Source: Marsupella aquatica (lineage: Eukaryota; Plantae; Marchantiophyta). Taken from it: a stretch of DNA of 64,000 nucleotides. Shown here one piece after another: positions 35,444 through 49,014 of this stretch. Under the pieces are notes generated by a model. That model made no database searches, was not told the origin of the DNA, and saw only the letters and a program-made list of their open reading frames with translations. Location: NCBI GenBank assembly GCA_973895155.1, contig OZ316896.1, positions 14,480,684-14,544,683 on the forward strand. Reading direction: 5' to 3'. Each line of letters begins with the position of its first letter. The first letter of the stretch is position 1. The position numbers and the translations under genes were made by a program.

Positions 35444-35570
35444 ATGTGAAACTGAAAATGCATGAAGTTTTCAAATTTAGGTTCATGAGTGAAACCTGAA
35501 AATGGGAAATTGAAATGCATGAAATTTTTAAAGTTAGATACACTAATTCATGAGTTGAGCCAAAACATGA
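35444..35570. repeat. About 65-bp satellite, right part
   Basis: Same unit as 33760-34100, about 2 copies. Confidence 0.8.
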
Positions 35571-35957
35571 GTCCACCCGAATTAGTGACAGACATTCTTC
35601 AGCCTTCAAGACGGGAACACACGGTCATACATACGGTACTGTATCGTACTGATGACCGCATACTGCTGACCGCTGACTGCTCGGAGCCCTTTCATTCTTT
35701 GGAATTGTGAGGAGGAAAAAGAAGACTTCGGACCTGCCCGTCATTATTCTGTCCTAACTTATCCTTCACCAACCACGTTGACTTAACGCAGCCCGTCGGG
35801 CACGCGGGCAGACAGCAGACGGGGCACTCGGCGAAATTTTCCACGCGGGCTGACAGGCGGTGTCGGTCCGGGACGTCCGGGCAGAGAATATGCAGCGCGC
35901 CATATCGTAGACTGGGAGTGTATGAAAATAAATGAAAAGCCTTAAAGCCAAGCCCAA

Positions 35958-36105
35958 GGCTCTTCCTCACATGTCCAGCAGTAATTTAGGGGCATTTTTG
36001 ACAAGACAGCCTCTTTCTCACATTTCCAGCACTAACTTAGGGGGACTTTAAAAGACAGCCTCTTCCTCACATGTCACAGCATTAACTTAGGAGGACTTTA
36101 CAAGT
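35958..36105. repeat. About 50-bp tandem repeat x3
   Basis: CTCTTCCTCACATGTCCAGCA.TAACTTAGG.GGACTTT..AAGACAGC three times. Confidence 0.8.
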
Positions 36106-36653
36106 CTGACACTGCACTAACAGGTGCTTTTACCAGGGCAGAAAGTGCACCCAAATTTTGGTGTATGACTGGATTCCAAGCCTGACCAAGACAGAAAAAC
36201 ATGAAAAATGGTGCGGACTTAATACGAAGAGAATCCAACCCGGCGTGATTGCTAAGACATAATGGGCATAAGATTATCGCACCCCAAAAGCTGCGGTAGT
36301 GTTCCACCTGTTTCATAGTCCGATTTGGCAAAAAAGTACCCAAACCGAGGTGCAATGTAGGGTTGGGCACTCCTAGCACGGATTGCCGCATGTGGTTTTC
36401 TAGAGCAAGAGTTTCCCGGGCAGTTTGAATAAATGGTGCGGATTCATTTTTTTTTGCCTTGAAAAATCTTTTTGAATTCCATCCAAAAAAACAGCATACA
36501 AAGAGTGGCCACAAGATTCATTTCATCAGTGAAAAATGGTAACCAAAGTGCTGCTGTCCTCTTGTAAAGTCCCCTTTACACTATTAAATGCGTAGAGTGC
36601 TCTTCCGCTTGTTCAGTGGCTTGGTTACATAATATTAGAGCATCTCAAAGTTT

Positions 36654-36810
36654 GAGGGATTTGCTTGGTGGGACCCCAAATGAATTTTTTTTACTTGATA
36701 GGACCCCGAGTGATCCACACGGTTGATTTACCTTGAATAGACAGACCTAAACTTTCAAGGGTCCTATTAAGTAAAACATTTCCATTTGGGTCCCACCAAG
36801 CAAATCTCTC
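36654..36810. mobile_element. 157-bp Mutator-type MITE
   Basis: TIRs GAGGGATTTGCTTGGTGGGACCCCAAATG / CATTTGGGTCCCACCAAGCAAATCTCTC; perfect 10-bp TSD CTCAAAGTTT (36644-36653 and 36811-36820). Confidence 0.9.
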
Positions 36811-36859
36811 CTCAAAGTTTTGTAGTTAAGTGTGACAGCTTTTGGCCATAACCAAATAG

Positions 36860-37230
36860 CTTTTTCACTAGCCTCTATAATGACTTATGTTCATGCCACA
36901 CAACCAATCTTTGTGGCAAAAAGTTATGAATCATGAATTGCTAGTACATAACATTTTTTATGGGTAACCTTAGCTACTAAGTTAAGGTCCATCAAGTTAG
37001 GTGGTTTGAGACCCCCTATTTACAGACCCCCATTAGGGGTCCCTTGCAAATTCCCTGACACGAGGATGGTGACAAATAAGACAGAGCAGGTTTTCTGGAA
37101 AACAAAAAGGGTCATTGTCATGTTTGTGTTCATATTCGTGTAAATTATGAGGCACCATGCCGTAAGTATTAAGCATAAAAAAAACCAGAATACAAAGGAA
37201 GAGATGTCATTTTTTTCACTGTAACCATAT
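36860..37230. mobile_element. Adjacent TE fragments: hAT-like terminus (reverse copy of 14179) plus a copy of the foldback core
   Basis: GGTTTGAGACCCCCTA at about 37003-37018. 37025-37210 closely matches 23453-23650 (GACCCCCAT.AGGGGTCCCTTGCAAATTCCCT..CACGAGGATG..GGTTTTCTGGAAAACAAAAAGG). Confidence 0.7.
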
Positions 37231-40141
37231 TAGTTACCTTCCGAGTGCTTTTAAATTGTTTACTATGTAATTAGTTAGACAACTGCCTCTAAAATAACAT
37301 AAGTAAGTAACAGCTCATACTTGATCCTCTCTCTTTCGATGAGAGAGATACCTACAAGAGATGATTGTGAACAGGGTACTACCAGTCTGTTACATTGCGT
37401 TGAAGAAACGGAGGAGCAATCATCAGTTGAGTTTTGAGTTTGAGTTTGAGTTGTGAGGTGAATGGTGGATACCGTATGATCGCATAACTTGCACACACTT
37501 AAAGAACCGTCACGGACTCAAGAAATACAACATCAGAAAATGCCCACCTCCCGTTCTTGATGAAAAGATGTCACAATCCCATTACCGTCACAAAACTAGC
37601 CGCTGCAAATTGATTTCTTTGATTATGTCATCGTCACTTGTCGCTCGAAGTGTTACTCGATAAAAAACAATGTTTGTGGTTGCAAACTTGGATAAGTCAT
37701 ATGATAAGTTCACTGAAATGGTCATGTTCACGAGTGTTAATTACAGCTTTAATTCTCATTAGTTAGTGAAAGGAGGCACTAAGGCTAAGAATGTATGGCT
37801 TATAAGGTTAGGCTTAGTATGCTTGGCTTATGAGGTAAGACTAAATCAAATGACTCCTGATTGGTTGTAAGCTGGCCCTACTTCCCTTTCAAGGTAACAA
37901 ACAAGGGGCCCATATTTATCCAAGCTTGCCATGACTAAAATAAAATATACCTACATAGGAAAATGTCAATATCTTATGGTCTAAATCAAGTACACGAATT
38001 AATCCTGCAGCAGTACCTAAAGATTCCTACCGTGTTGTCTCTTATATGTATTATTTCACATTCTCTTATCATCGATCCCTCAGAGTGGGAGCCACCATGC
38101 CTCTGCAGATGCTAGCCCCCCTAGAGGACATTCCTGTCCCACTTGCTGATTTAGTTAGTATTTTGAATGTGGCCTATTAGCTCTTGTCACATTTTCCAAT
38201 GTGGACACTAGTGTTCTGAGTTTGCACTCATGCAATGTTTGACACTCATCCTAATTTTTTTGTAGAGTTTTCTTCCGTCTTGGAATGATCACTTTATTAA
38301 GTAATCCAGTGGGACAGACCCTGGTGGGGAAGGAAGAACTCATCCATCCAGAACTATGTAAAGTTTTTTGCCACTTGGGCAGTCCGGGTGAAAATTCTTA
38401 GAGATAGAGCCTCATGGGGAAAATTTTAAAACAATCTGGTAGAAAAAAAAACCAGAAGGGGGCCTCACTTTCCAAGCTAGATTATGTTTTTCAGGATAAA
38501 GTCGAGGGTAGAGCTTGGATAGGATTGAGTTTAATTTTAAAAGTAGATTGTTTTAAAAAAACTTCCACCCATGGAGTTATGTCATGGTGAGCAAATCTTA
38601 TCCAACTTGATCAGAGTTCTGTCATGGTAATGCAATTTCATATTCTGAAAGCTTGGAGTGTACCAGTTGCCGTCCCTCCGTAGCTAAGGGCCCTGGTGGC
38701 CCAAACTTCGAAGCCCACTTGAACAAATTAAATACCAAAACACTTAGGATGACCCAGGGTCGGCTACTTCAAGACTTTCTTGTCCAATTAAGGTTGGAGG
38801 CAATATTTGTTTCCAAGCAAATCGTCTACTCAACAGTAGAACTGGAGGGACCCCCTACTGTTACAAAGATGCTAAGCAGGGCACTTGCTCGGTTCCCTGA
38901 TCCAAGAGAGGATCTCACTGACGATACACATGAGGTATCACTGATTACATTCTACTCATTAAGATCACATTGCATGGTCTTAAAGGAGACAATATCATGG
39001 CAGGTGAGGGCAGCATGGGAACCAAACCAGCATTTTTTCAAAGGATATGTCTGGTTGCCAAAAAGACTACCCAGGTGACCCTAGTAGGTATATGACTGGC
39101 ATCCTCTGTAGAACAAGGGGAGGGGGGCGGTAGGGGGAGGGGGGGGGGGGGCAGAGTTTTCAGCCCTTAAGTGCAGTAACACAACTTGGAGGTTCCAAAT
39201 TGGCAAAATGCCAAGGTTGGGGGCAATGTATTTCTCGATGATGAACAGAGTTTGAGGTAACTGCAGTTGGTGACCAACCTCATTCAAATGATTTGTCCAC
39301 AATCTAGTGGAACCTCAACCAGCAATAGGTAGTGCCAAAGTGCAGGCCAATGGGGGAACTATGGGAGAACCACTTGGCGATGACTTCTCTTTACCCTAGG
39401 CTCCAGATGACAAAGCAATGAAGGCACATAATGGCTCCTTACGCAAATAAATGTCGGCCGTTCCTTGAGGTTTGGCGAATAGGGCTAAGATATGAGACTT
39501 TCCTTCTTGTGGGAAAGTTTAGACCATTTGGGTGGTTGGAAGTGGCAATAATTTCTCCCAAAACAGTCAGTAATTGAGGCTGCAAGGAACCACTACTCTC
39601 CTCCAACTTGTCATGGAACAAATTAATAAGACTAAGTGATTATGGGAGGTGTATGTTCTGAAGGTTGTTTAGAATATTTTCACGGACCACGTGACAAGTC
39701 TTTTGCAAACTTCCTGGCATGTGGTTGCACCTGTCAGAGCTTTCCACCACAAACACAAACAAGCCGTGACACATAAACTTGACCCTTTGTATTAGTTGTG
39801 ACGCTGGCAAAGACAGTTAGACCCAGGAATGGTAAAAGCTCAAAAAATTTCCAAAATAACATATATAATAACAAAGAGTGGAGACGAAAAAGTAAGTGCT
39901 TGTAACCATTTTATTTTATTGTTTGAGCCAATTAAGGTGGAAAATGAACTCCCACCACCTTTATGGGAGAACGTGTATTAGTTTACTCACAAGCATTACA
40001 GCAGGGGTTCAAACTATTTCATTCGTGGTTCTATAAGTATTCCTATTTATAATTTCAAATTGCCTTAGCTCAAACTATGAAACAAGGAACATTATCTAAT
40101 TTATGTTATAAACACCTTATTTGACATTAAATTAAAATAGC

Positions 40142-40363
40142 ACAGCTTTTAACTACTTTACCACTAAAGATGTTCTAATTGACAATGCTGACACTATTTT
40201 TTTTGTATTTATAAAAATATCACGGTTTCATATATGGGTGACAAGTTTACTAAGGTAACTAGGGAAACTATACACGCAAACCATGATATTTTTATAAATA
40301 TAAAAAATTAGTGACAGTATTGTAAATTCAAATATCTTTAGTGACAATGTATTTAAAAGCTGT
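40142..40363. mobile_element. AT-rich MITE-like inverted repeat, arms about 90 bp
   Basis: ACAGCTTTTAA..CACTAAAGAT..TATTTATAAAAATATCA.GGTTT is mirrored by AAACCATGATATTTTTATAAATA..ATCTTTAGTG..TTAAAAGCTGT. No clean TSD. Confidence 0.7.
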
Positions 40364-40947
40364 AAAATAATATGAGTACATAGAATCTCACTTGGGTCTA
40401 ATGAGACTTGGGTCTAATGAGTTTTTGTAGTTGACCCTAGGGTGTATGGCCACCCCCAACCTATAATGATTGCAAAATCTATAGGCTACAAGTCAAAGGC
40501 ACATATGATTTTCTTTAAAATAGATAGGCCCCCCACTTTATCCAAACGAGGGCCCCAACAATAAACACAAAGGAGAAAAGATTCCACAAATAAATAAATA
40601 TATAACTACTAAGAACAACAAGTCCAAACCAGGAGACAAGATCACAAGGCAGGGAGACCCCACAAGACCCCAATATACGGGAGAATACCAGGGAAAAACC
40701 CAGAAAGGCCACAAGCCAAAAAGCCCCTAGAGTCAGCAAGAATAGCAAATGAACTAAAACCCTATTCAGCAGCAAGCTGAAAAGTCTTGTAAAGCTCCTT
40801 AGTAAACCCAATGGGAAGGGTCACAAAGATTAAAACTAACAGGCTCTGCCCTGGTAGCACTAGAGAATACATGAGCCCCTTGTTATGTAATAAACACCCG
40901 TTGTATCTACTGAAGCCATTGAGGACCAAAATTTGGGACAAGGCCTT

Positions 40948-41315
40948 TGTTGGGGGTTTAATCGGACATCATGATAACAAAGGAACCAACATACACATTG
41001 AATTGACAATGACAAAGAGAGTATGTGGTTCACCCTGTCTGGACTACGTCCACGGTCGTGAGAGAAGAATCAATATGAACGCAAAGTACATCCATCATAG
41101 CCTAGCTCCACAAGCTCCACTATGACCTGAGCTCTCTCACCCTCCAGCCTATGCACACTAAAGACTGACCTCTCAAATGTGAGCACACATTTGGGTTGAT
41201 ATACCCCATCCCATGGTCCATGGGAACCTGGAACTCAAATGAGTGCTATCCTAGTCTGCTAAAGCCAACTAGTCCTATGGAGGTAAATATGTTATACTAG
41301 AGGCATAACCTAACA
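40948..41315. mobile_element. Solo LTR (Copia-like), 368 bp
   Basis: TGTTG...TAACA termini, 5-bp TSD GCCTT/TCCTT (1 mismatch), internal GTGGTTCACC...CTACGTCCAC motif common in plant Copia LTRs. Confidence 0.7.
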
Positions 41316-43193
41316 TCCTTTGCCCTACACCAGAACCACACATGCCCAAAGATCAAATATAGGATAAAGCGCACAAAAGACTTCCACAACAAGCAGTAGA
41401 AATGATCCACAGGGTACAAGCAACGTACGCCTCCTCCTTGAGGCAGCCGGCTGCAGCATGGTCCAGTACATCGGCAGCAACCGTAATGTTGTTTCTGCTA
41501 TTAGGATCAGCAACAATCACAGCCCCCAAGGATACCAATTGCTACCCTAGAAAAGACTAGATCAGCTGGTGGCTTGTCAGGTACAACATCCAAGGATGGA
41601 GGCACCCGTAGCTGCTCCACATGGACATGGTATCGGAGCCCCAGGCAATGGCTGCCACCATCATGACCATACCTGAATAATTGAACTCCCATCAGGTGCA
41701 TAGACTCTCTACAAACACATTGGATCGGCCCAAAAGGCACGGGTGAGGTAGACCAAGCCACAGGCCTGATGATGTGATGAGTATGAAAGAACTCATACAG
41801 AGGACAAGCAAATAGTTACAATACCAAATCAACACCCAAACATAAAAGACTTGCCCAACTCAAGTCCGGCCGATGAGAGAGCATGACGGAAAGTGTGCAA
41901 CAGTGCATGAAATTAGAGATCACCTACCTAACACAATCGGGACTAACACAACCTCAGGCAGCAGGGACTGGGCATTGCCTAATTGAACCTAAAGGGGAGA
42001 CCTCCATCCTCAAAGGTCTGAGTTTGTGGCCCTGTGGCTGGGTTTGACCAAAGTGCTGTGCAAATCACTTGTGGGTGAAATAATTATGTTTAAAAGAAGT
42101 CTAGATTGGACTCAAGAAACCTAAACTGGAATATCCATGAAGTCTATCTCAAACTAAAATAGGGTTAATTTTTGAAATTAAAAAAATTGATTTAATTGGA
42201 ATAGTCTTAGCCCTTACATATTTTATATATTTGAATTAGACAGGAGGTACATTCCTTTGAGATCCACCAATTTAATCTAAGATACACAATGCCACAAACC
42301 CTTTGAAAAACCAACCTTTGGGCTCACAGTGATACTTGCTCTGACTGTAAAGAGTGAGTGTGTTGATACTTTGACAAGAGCCCCCCTACAATTGGGCTCA
42401 TCCTAAACAACATTTGAATACACCAATCTGTCATATAACAATTGAGAGGAACATTTCCATGTGTTCATAGTTCCACAAAGAACGAGCTCGATTAGTCGGA
42501 GACCCCAAAAAGAAAATTGGTACTAGATGTATCCCATGAGCTGTCCACTGTTGATAAACTTAAATCAAGCTGTCCACTGTTGATAAACTTAAATCAACCG
42601 TACCCAAAAAAAATCAGAGGGTTGGTTTGGGGAACAAATATTGGGTTGAGGGTCCATCAATCTGTCATACAACAATTGAGAACATTTCCAATATTTAATC
42701 AAATGACGACCATCCACATACCCGGCGTAAAATGCACGTAAAGTGCAACTGTCTCACCTCAGACCTGGATCCACTAGGTTGAGAGTGACTGGAATGATTA
42801 AGGAAAGAGGGTTGGGCACTTTCCCCTTACACAGGGCCAGAGGTGGTTTCAACCAGTTAGGAATTAAAGCCAAAATTAATCTTGGGACTCTGATTCTCCT
42901 ATTTCCAGGACCAGCGTCGACAACAGTGTCTACTCATACTCAACCCTTTAGCTTGGGTTCAGTATGTGTAGACACTATTTTTCGATCCAGTGATGGATAA
43001 TCAAATGCTTTTCTCTGCCGGTCTTTAGCTCTGTTGCGGTTCAATAAAAATTGCAGTTTGTGTTCCTCAAGGAAGCCTGAAACTACTTTCCATCTCCCTT
43101 GGAAAAGCCTGATACAAATGAGATCAAGCTATTAAATTATGTACAGGATCAAGATTAAATCAAGACCCAGGTGAGCCTCTTTCCGAAAGAGGA

Positions 43194-46100
43194 TCAGATG
43201 GGCCTCCCAGATTGTTGCCATTTCATGGCGCCTGCTATTGCTTCTTCCAAACCAACACACAAGTGGTCTGCTATGAAACTGGGGGACAAAACTATCCTTT
43301 GGAATCGAGACGAAGGATCATCGCCCCGGATGACGATATGCTTATAAAGAGTTTCTTCCTTGTCTCCCTCACAAGTGTCAACCTCTACTGGAAGTTCGTC
43401 TGAGTTCTTCTCTCCCGGTTGCAATGGCTTGCGAATCACATGAATAAGAATGCCAGGTACAAACAGTCGATTCCTCTGCAATAAATCTGTCTCTTCTCTA
43501 ACATTGATGGCCGTTGCATTGGCAGCCATGCTGGAAGCAGTCACAGCTGCGTCTTCCATACTGTCATGTTTTATGAGCTGAATTTGCTGCATGATGGCTT
43601 CATTCATATCGTCGACCACTGCAGTCATATGAATCAAACCAAATTGTTCAGATGTAGCATTGAGTGGTTCTGAAATTCAAAACATCTACTTCAATCATGA
43701 ATGTTCTACCACCAACAAACGGTTATTGTGCAATATTACCTCTCTTTCCTTTTGTAGAGACATGCGTATGTGCAGCAAGGGCCCCATCAGTAAGCAACGA
43801 AGCAGCCTGCTTTGCTCCAGGTCCGTAGTTACCCTCCGCAACTCCCTTTGCAACTTTAGTCCAGCTCAAGGCGAGGGAATCGGTGAATCCTTTGACAGCA
43901 GCCCAACCTTGTTGCTTGACTTGTGTTACAAGTTCACCCTTCTCATAGTTGAGAGCAGGTTCAATGAGACTCACAAATGAAAGAGAATTTTGTGCTAGAT
44001 CCACCATCATTTTCTTTTTGCTCCCATCTTCAAGGGCTTGAGTCCTGCACTCCAAAATAGATGCAAGCACTCGTTAGTTCCCATCTGTTCGTCCACGTGT
44101 GTCCAAAAACCTCGAATTGATCAACAAATCCACTGCGAAAAGTCCTTGTACTTCTGAACAAATAACCCACACATCAAAACTACCATCTGATTCCAAATGT
44201 CCAAGATGGTTTGGCAAGCTCATGCCCTCGATTTGCCAGATAAAGTCAAGGATTTACCAGTCAGTCTGAAGAATCTCTGTTCTCAATTCTTCCAAAGCTG
44301 CCGGGCTTATTCGAGGGACTATATCGTCCTGCACAGCAAGCCACAACTTATCCCTCGACTGACATACCTTCCCCTGATCGTATTTGAGACCATGAAACCA
44401 GGCTTAGAACTTGCCTACTGCAAGAAAACCCTCGCCAAGCAGTTGTAGCCCTTCTCAAATTACTGCCATCTTCTTAAAGTTTAGTCTAACACTTCTTGGG
44501 TGTGCATGTAAGAACTTTCCTTTCTAAAAAAATCCATCAGTGCCCGTCAAAATGGCACATCAGAAGAGATTGTAGGCCCATCATACATCAGGCTATGTCC
44601 CCAATATAAACTACATTCCCCTTGAGGAATTATGTAATTCATCTTCTCAGTTAAAATTCCAACTCCAAGTGTCTATATTCGGCTCAAAATAAGGCTGATA
44701 CCTGGTGGACAACACATCTGACGAAGGACATCTCTTCAGCCAACTTTTTATCAACACACGGCGGACAGCAGAACCCCCAGCAAGTCACCGCTTCAGGTTT
44801 TGACCCAAGCACTGTAAGGCCCCTTTCGTTTGTCTCTCTAAGAAGCATGGTCAGCAAAGCAGCTGTTCCAGCACCAAGGGAGTGCCCTGTCACCACAATC
44901 CGATAGCCCTAATTCGTAAAGAACAACGAACTTTAGTATTATATCCTCACGTAGGTTCGAAAATATGCCATGAGCAGTGTTCTAGCGTAGATCAGTGCCT
45001 ATCACTCACGAGATCAAAGACACTTCAAAGTAATAACGAAGCCAAATCTCACGATAAACATTTCGTCATTAATTCGGATTCAGGCAAAATAAGACTAAAG
45101 CAGTGTGCCGTGGAGATATTTGTATAGCATGTACCAGCACAACAAGACCTGCTACCAGACAGTACTTCATAATACTAAACCAACATCCTAAGAGTAGTTG
45201 TTGACAAAGTTGGGAGTGCCTACGTTTTTTGACATGAGATCCTTTAATATATCCACAACGCGGTCTCGAATCCACCGAGCTGAACCCAACATGCCTGAGT
45301 GTGCATACCTAAGATGACCAGAAGATCAAGATTTCAAATCCGCAACGCTCTTCTGCTAGGGCAACAGATACCAGACTTGAATGACTGCATTCTGTGAACT
45401 TTGCAATTAAACCAAGTTCCCTGGATACCGAATTCCTATCTTCTAGAGATGACGACAACGCTTAGGGTTCTATTTCTTGACAATGACGATATACAAAAAA
45501 AAAACCAGGCAATGTGAAGACACGGTCAGTATGAAAGACAAACACTTACCCATCTCCAAAACGCTCACTGTGGGGCTTCAAGTCCGTTAGCACATCTCTT
45601 GCTGAGAAGGTTCCCCGAATACTCAATACATTCGCTTTCTTTGCATCATTGATTCCTATAAAAAATGCAGGTTTCCCAACCTCTGACTTTGCCAAGAGCT
45701 GGACAATGCATTTCTCCTCTATCTACACAAACAACATCAGCGAGTGTCAATGGATGACTCGAAATACAATCCTCTTCATTTTTAAAAGCTTGAAAGATTT
45801 ATAATATCAGGGCAAAGCAGTTCTAACCTCTACAAAGTGGCAAATTTCATTTCCTCGTTCAAGTCGTCCCAAATCTCGGTAATTTTAAACGCATTTTTCC
45901 AGATTTAATCGTGCGGTACATTAATGTAAATGTATGCAAAATCTGTGAGCGACATTAACCTGACCTTACAGACAGCAAATTGTGACACCTGTTGGGAAAG
46001 AAATGCAGGTAGCTCAAACGATCAACTCCATTCCGAGACCGCCTAACCAACTTCACTACGATTTCTAGAATACACACCTGCAGCTCCTCGGCGCATGATT

Positions 46101-47111
46101 TAATCTTCTCTTCATAGGCTGCTTTTGCCCACTTGATCCAATGGGCCATTTCTTGCATTTCAGCCCTGCAAATCAACAAGATGATACGTTCACAACATTC
46201 TAGGCGCCTACATCCAAATTCAGGGACCTAATTTGTTTCAGGTAGCCCTTTGTAATCTCCAATTCAAGTCCAGATCCTCTTCAGATCAGCATATACTACC
46301 TTCAAAGACATTACAAGCTCTGTCACTTTAAAAATGATTGGAATGAAGAGCTTACACAGAAGTAACGAGGGTACCATCGATGGTGTCAATGACACCCTCA
46401 CGGACATGGTGACAATACAACTTGTAAAGACCTAAAGTGGCTTCAGCAAGACCCCAACGGCTCATTCCGGATGCACTATAAATGATGCTTGCAGCCACAG
46501 CTGCCAGTGTTCCTTCAATCGCTTGTGGAACGTGGTCACTTTTGTCTGCACGTTTAGTGATGGCACGGATTAGTCGACATTGGACTCTGGCTTAGGAGGT
46601 TGGCGTCATACAGTATGTATGAACGATATCTACTTAGTGATTACTTACACTTTCTCAGCGCACTCGTTATTTCCCCTTGCGTCATATGGAAGTACCAAAA
46701 ATCCGTGTAGCATAACGGTTTTTAAGTATTACATTTAACTCTCAACTTTCCTCACTCTGTAGAACCATTTCCGTTGCAGGGAAAATCTGATATTTTGGCC
46801 TCCCCTCAAATTGATGCAAATGGAAATTCAAATTAGGTCAACTATTTTACTGGCTCAAAGTATCAGAATGCATGAGAGGTGACTATGAAATGATGCAATC
46901 CACTCTCGATGCATTGGGGACGCCATCCCAAGGAGGTGCAAGTTTCTGAATTCAGCAAGTCTATAAAATTGAGTGAAAGTCACTTAGGACGTTCAAACAA
47001 AGAAGCCACACGTTGGAGTCCCGCAATGCCCTGCTCCTCTACTGAATTTGTCGGTGTCACCCATCGAACCTCTCGGAACCTCGGTACGGAATGGACATGG
47101 CGGCCGCTCAT
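43194..47111 (-). CDS. Class-3 lipase (diacylglycerol lipase-like), about 596 aa, 10 exons
   Basis: Exons 47111-46984, 46675-46649, 46586-46356, 46165-46078, 45722-45550, 45308-45224, 44908-44702, 44328-44258, 44044-43740 and 43669-43194 sum to 1791 nt in frame. Motifs LSIRGT, AHSGML, GHSLG (Ser), DDIVPR (Asp), DHL (His). The first two exons and the start codon are less certain. Confidence 0.88.
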
Positions 47112-48334
47112 CCAGATTACATCGACGCTAATGGCGGTGCAACAGCAAGCTCTACAGAAGTGACGGATGAAACAAAACAGGGAGACAGTAATTATGAAAG
47201 GAAAAGGATCAGTACTTCTCAAGAGGAACCATACGAACTCACCCTGTAAATGCTGATGGTGAGTTTCCGTGGCAGGATGGACGACGTTCGCCCATTGCGA
47301 GGCCGACATGGACACATTTCCCGGGCCAGTGCGCCCATTCTTCATCTCCTTGCTCAAGTTTGCTGAATCCGACATCCTGCTCTCCAATCCCCCGTGCACC
47401 TGCCGCAACTACTCGTCGCACGGACTTCTGCAATCGCATCACGGATCACCGCTTGCCAACGGAAAACTGCGCTCAGCCAATTATGACCGATGACAACGCC
47501 AACACCCTCTCTCAGCCATAATTTAGTTCATCAATGATTCAACAACCAATCTTTCTATCCATCCACTCGCGTCTCGCAAATATCTCAGCTGCCTCAGCAA
47601 CAACGCCGTTCTGTCTAATGATCCAATTCTCTGTGGTTAGCCAGCAAATTCGCCAACAATTCTCGTGCAACGGAGCCCATAGAATTGTAGACCGATCCAG
47701 AGAACTCAGGAAGGGATCGCTCTCGTGCGCCAAGCTAGGAATATCGAATTGCTAAAGGGGAGCCACAGAATCTCCTCCGCAGAATTCAATCAAAACAGCG
47801 AAAGCTTTCTTCGAGGATTTTCCTCATCTCAAACGGATTCACGGACATCTGCAGCAATTCTTCACAATCATTCTCCGATCAGAGTGATGATTGGCCAACG
47901 CTTGATTCACCTCCACGTTCGCTCCTTCACTCCACGAAAGAACGAGTGCAACGGACGGCGAAAGGACGGTGAACAGACGGCGGAAGGACGGCGGAAAAGT
48001 GCGGCCGTGTTGGCTTTTTTGCGTGCATGCGAAACTTTTCTCATGCGAAACTTTTCTCATGCACATCTCCCCTAAAACTTGTTACGTGTACCTGCCCTGC
48101 CCGAGTGCACGACTACGGGCAGTTCGAAGGAAGTAGACCGCACTTATTTGGAACTGCCCCGCTTTGGTGTACTGCTACCCGCCTACCCCTCCCTTTTCGA
48201 GCTGCCCTGAGCCCCTGTTTCATGGGGACCCTTGGGTTCCGCGCTGGTTCCGCTTCCGCGAAAGCGCCAGGTCAGCATGGGCCCCCAAGCATTTTGGCAC
48301 GGCATAGGGATACCTTAATGCCGGTGGTGCTTTA

Positions 48335-48832
48335 TCGTATTGTAGTTTTGGCCTTTATGAGCTTGGTACATTCTTAATGCCCTCGGTGGTGCAGGAGTGT
48401 ATATCGCACTATCGTATTGTAGTTTTGGCCTTTATGAGCTTGGTAGATTCTCCATGCCCTTGGTGGTTTCTCCCATTGTAGTTTTGGCCTTTATGAGCTT
48501 GGTGATTTCTCAATGCCCTTGGTGGTTTATGCCATTGTAATTTTGGCCTTTATTAACTTGGTGATTTCTCAATGCCTATGATGGTTTATGCCATTGTAAT
48601 TTTGGCCTTTATGAGCTTGGTGATTTCTCAAGGCCCATGGTGGTTTATGCCAAGCTTGGTGATTTCTCAATGCCCTTGGTAGTTTACGCCTTTGTAGTTT
48701 TGGCCTTTATGAGCTTGGTAGATTCTTAATGCCCTTGGTGGTTTACGCCATTGTAGATTTGGCCTTTATGAGCTTGGTGATTTCTCAATGTCCTTGGTGG
48801 TTTATGCCATTGTAAGTTTGGCCTTTATGAGC
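48335..48832. repeat. 59-bp minisatellite, about 8-9 copies
   Basis: TTGTAGTTTTGGCCTTTATGAGCTTGGTGATTTCTCAATGCCCTTGGTGGTTTATGCCA (starts at 48476, 48535 and so on). Confidence 0.92.
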
Positions 48833-49014
48833 ATTTTTTTGTCTGTAATTTTCAGGGCATTAGTGGAGAAAAATAGGCTATCAAGACTTGCATCATGTCA
48901 TTATTAAAATTCTCCTCTATTTTTACTGAAACATTAGTAAAACTAAACCCATGTTAGTTTTGGTGGGCCCACATGAATGTCATGGCAGCACCTTTTAGCA
49001 AAAAACTCTTATCG

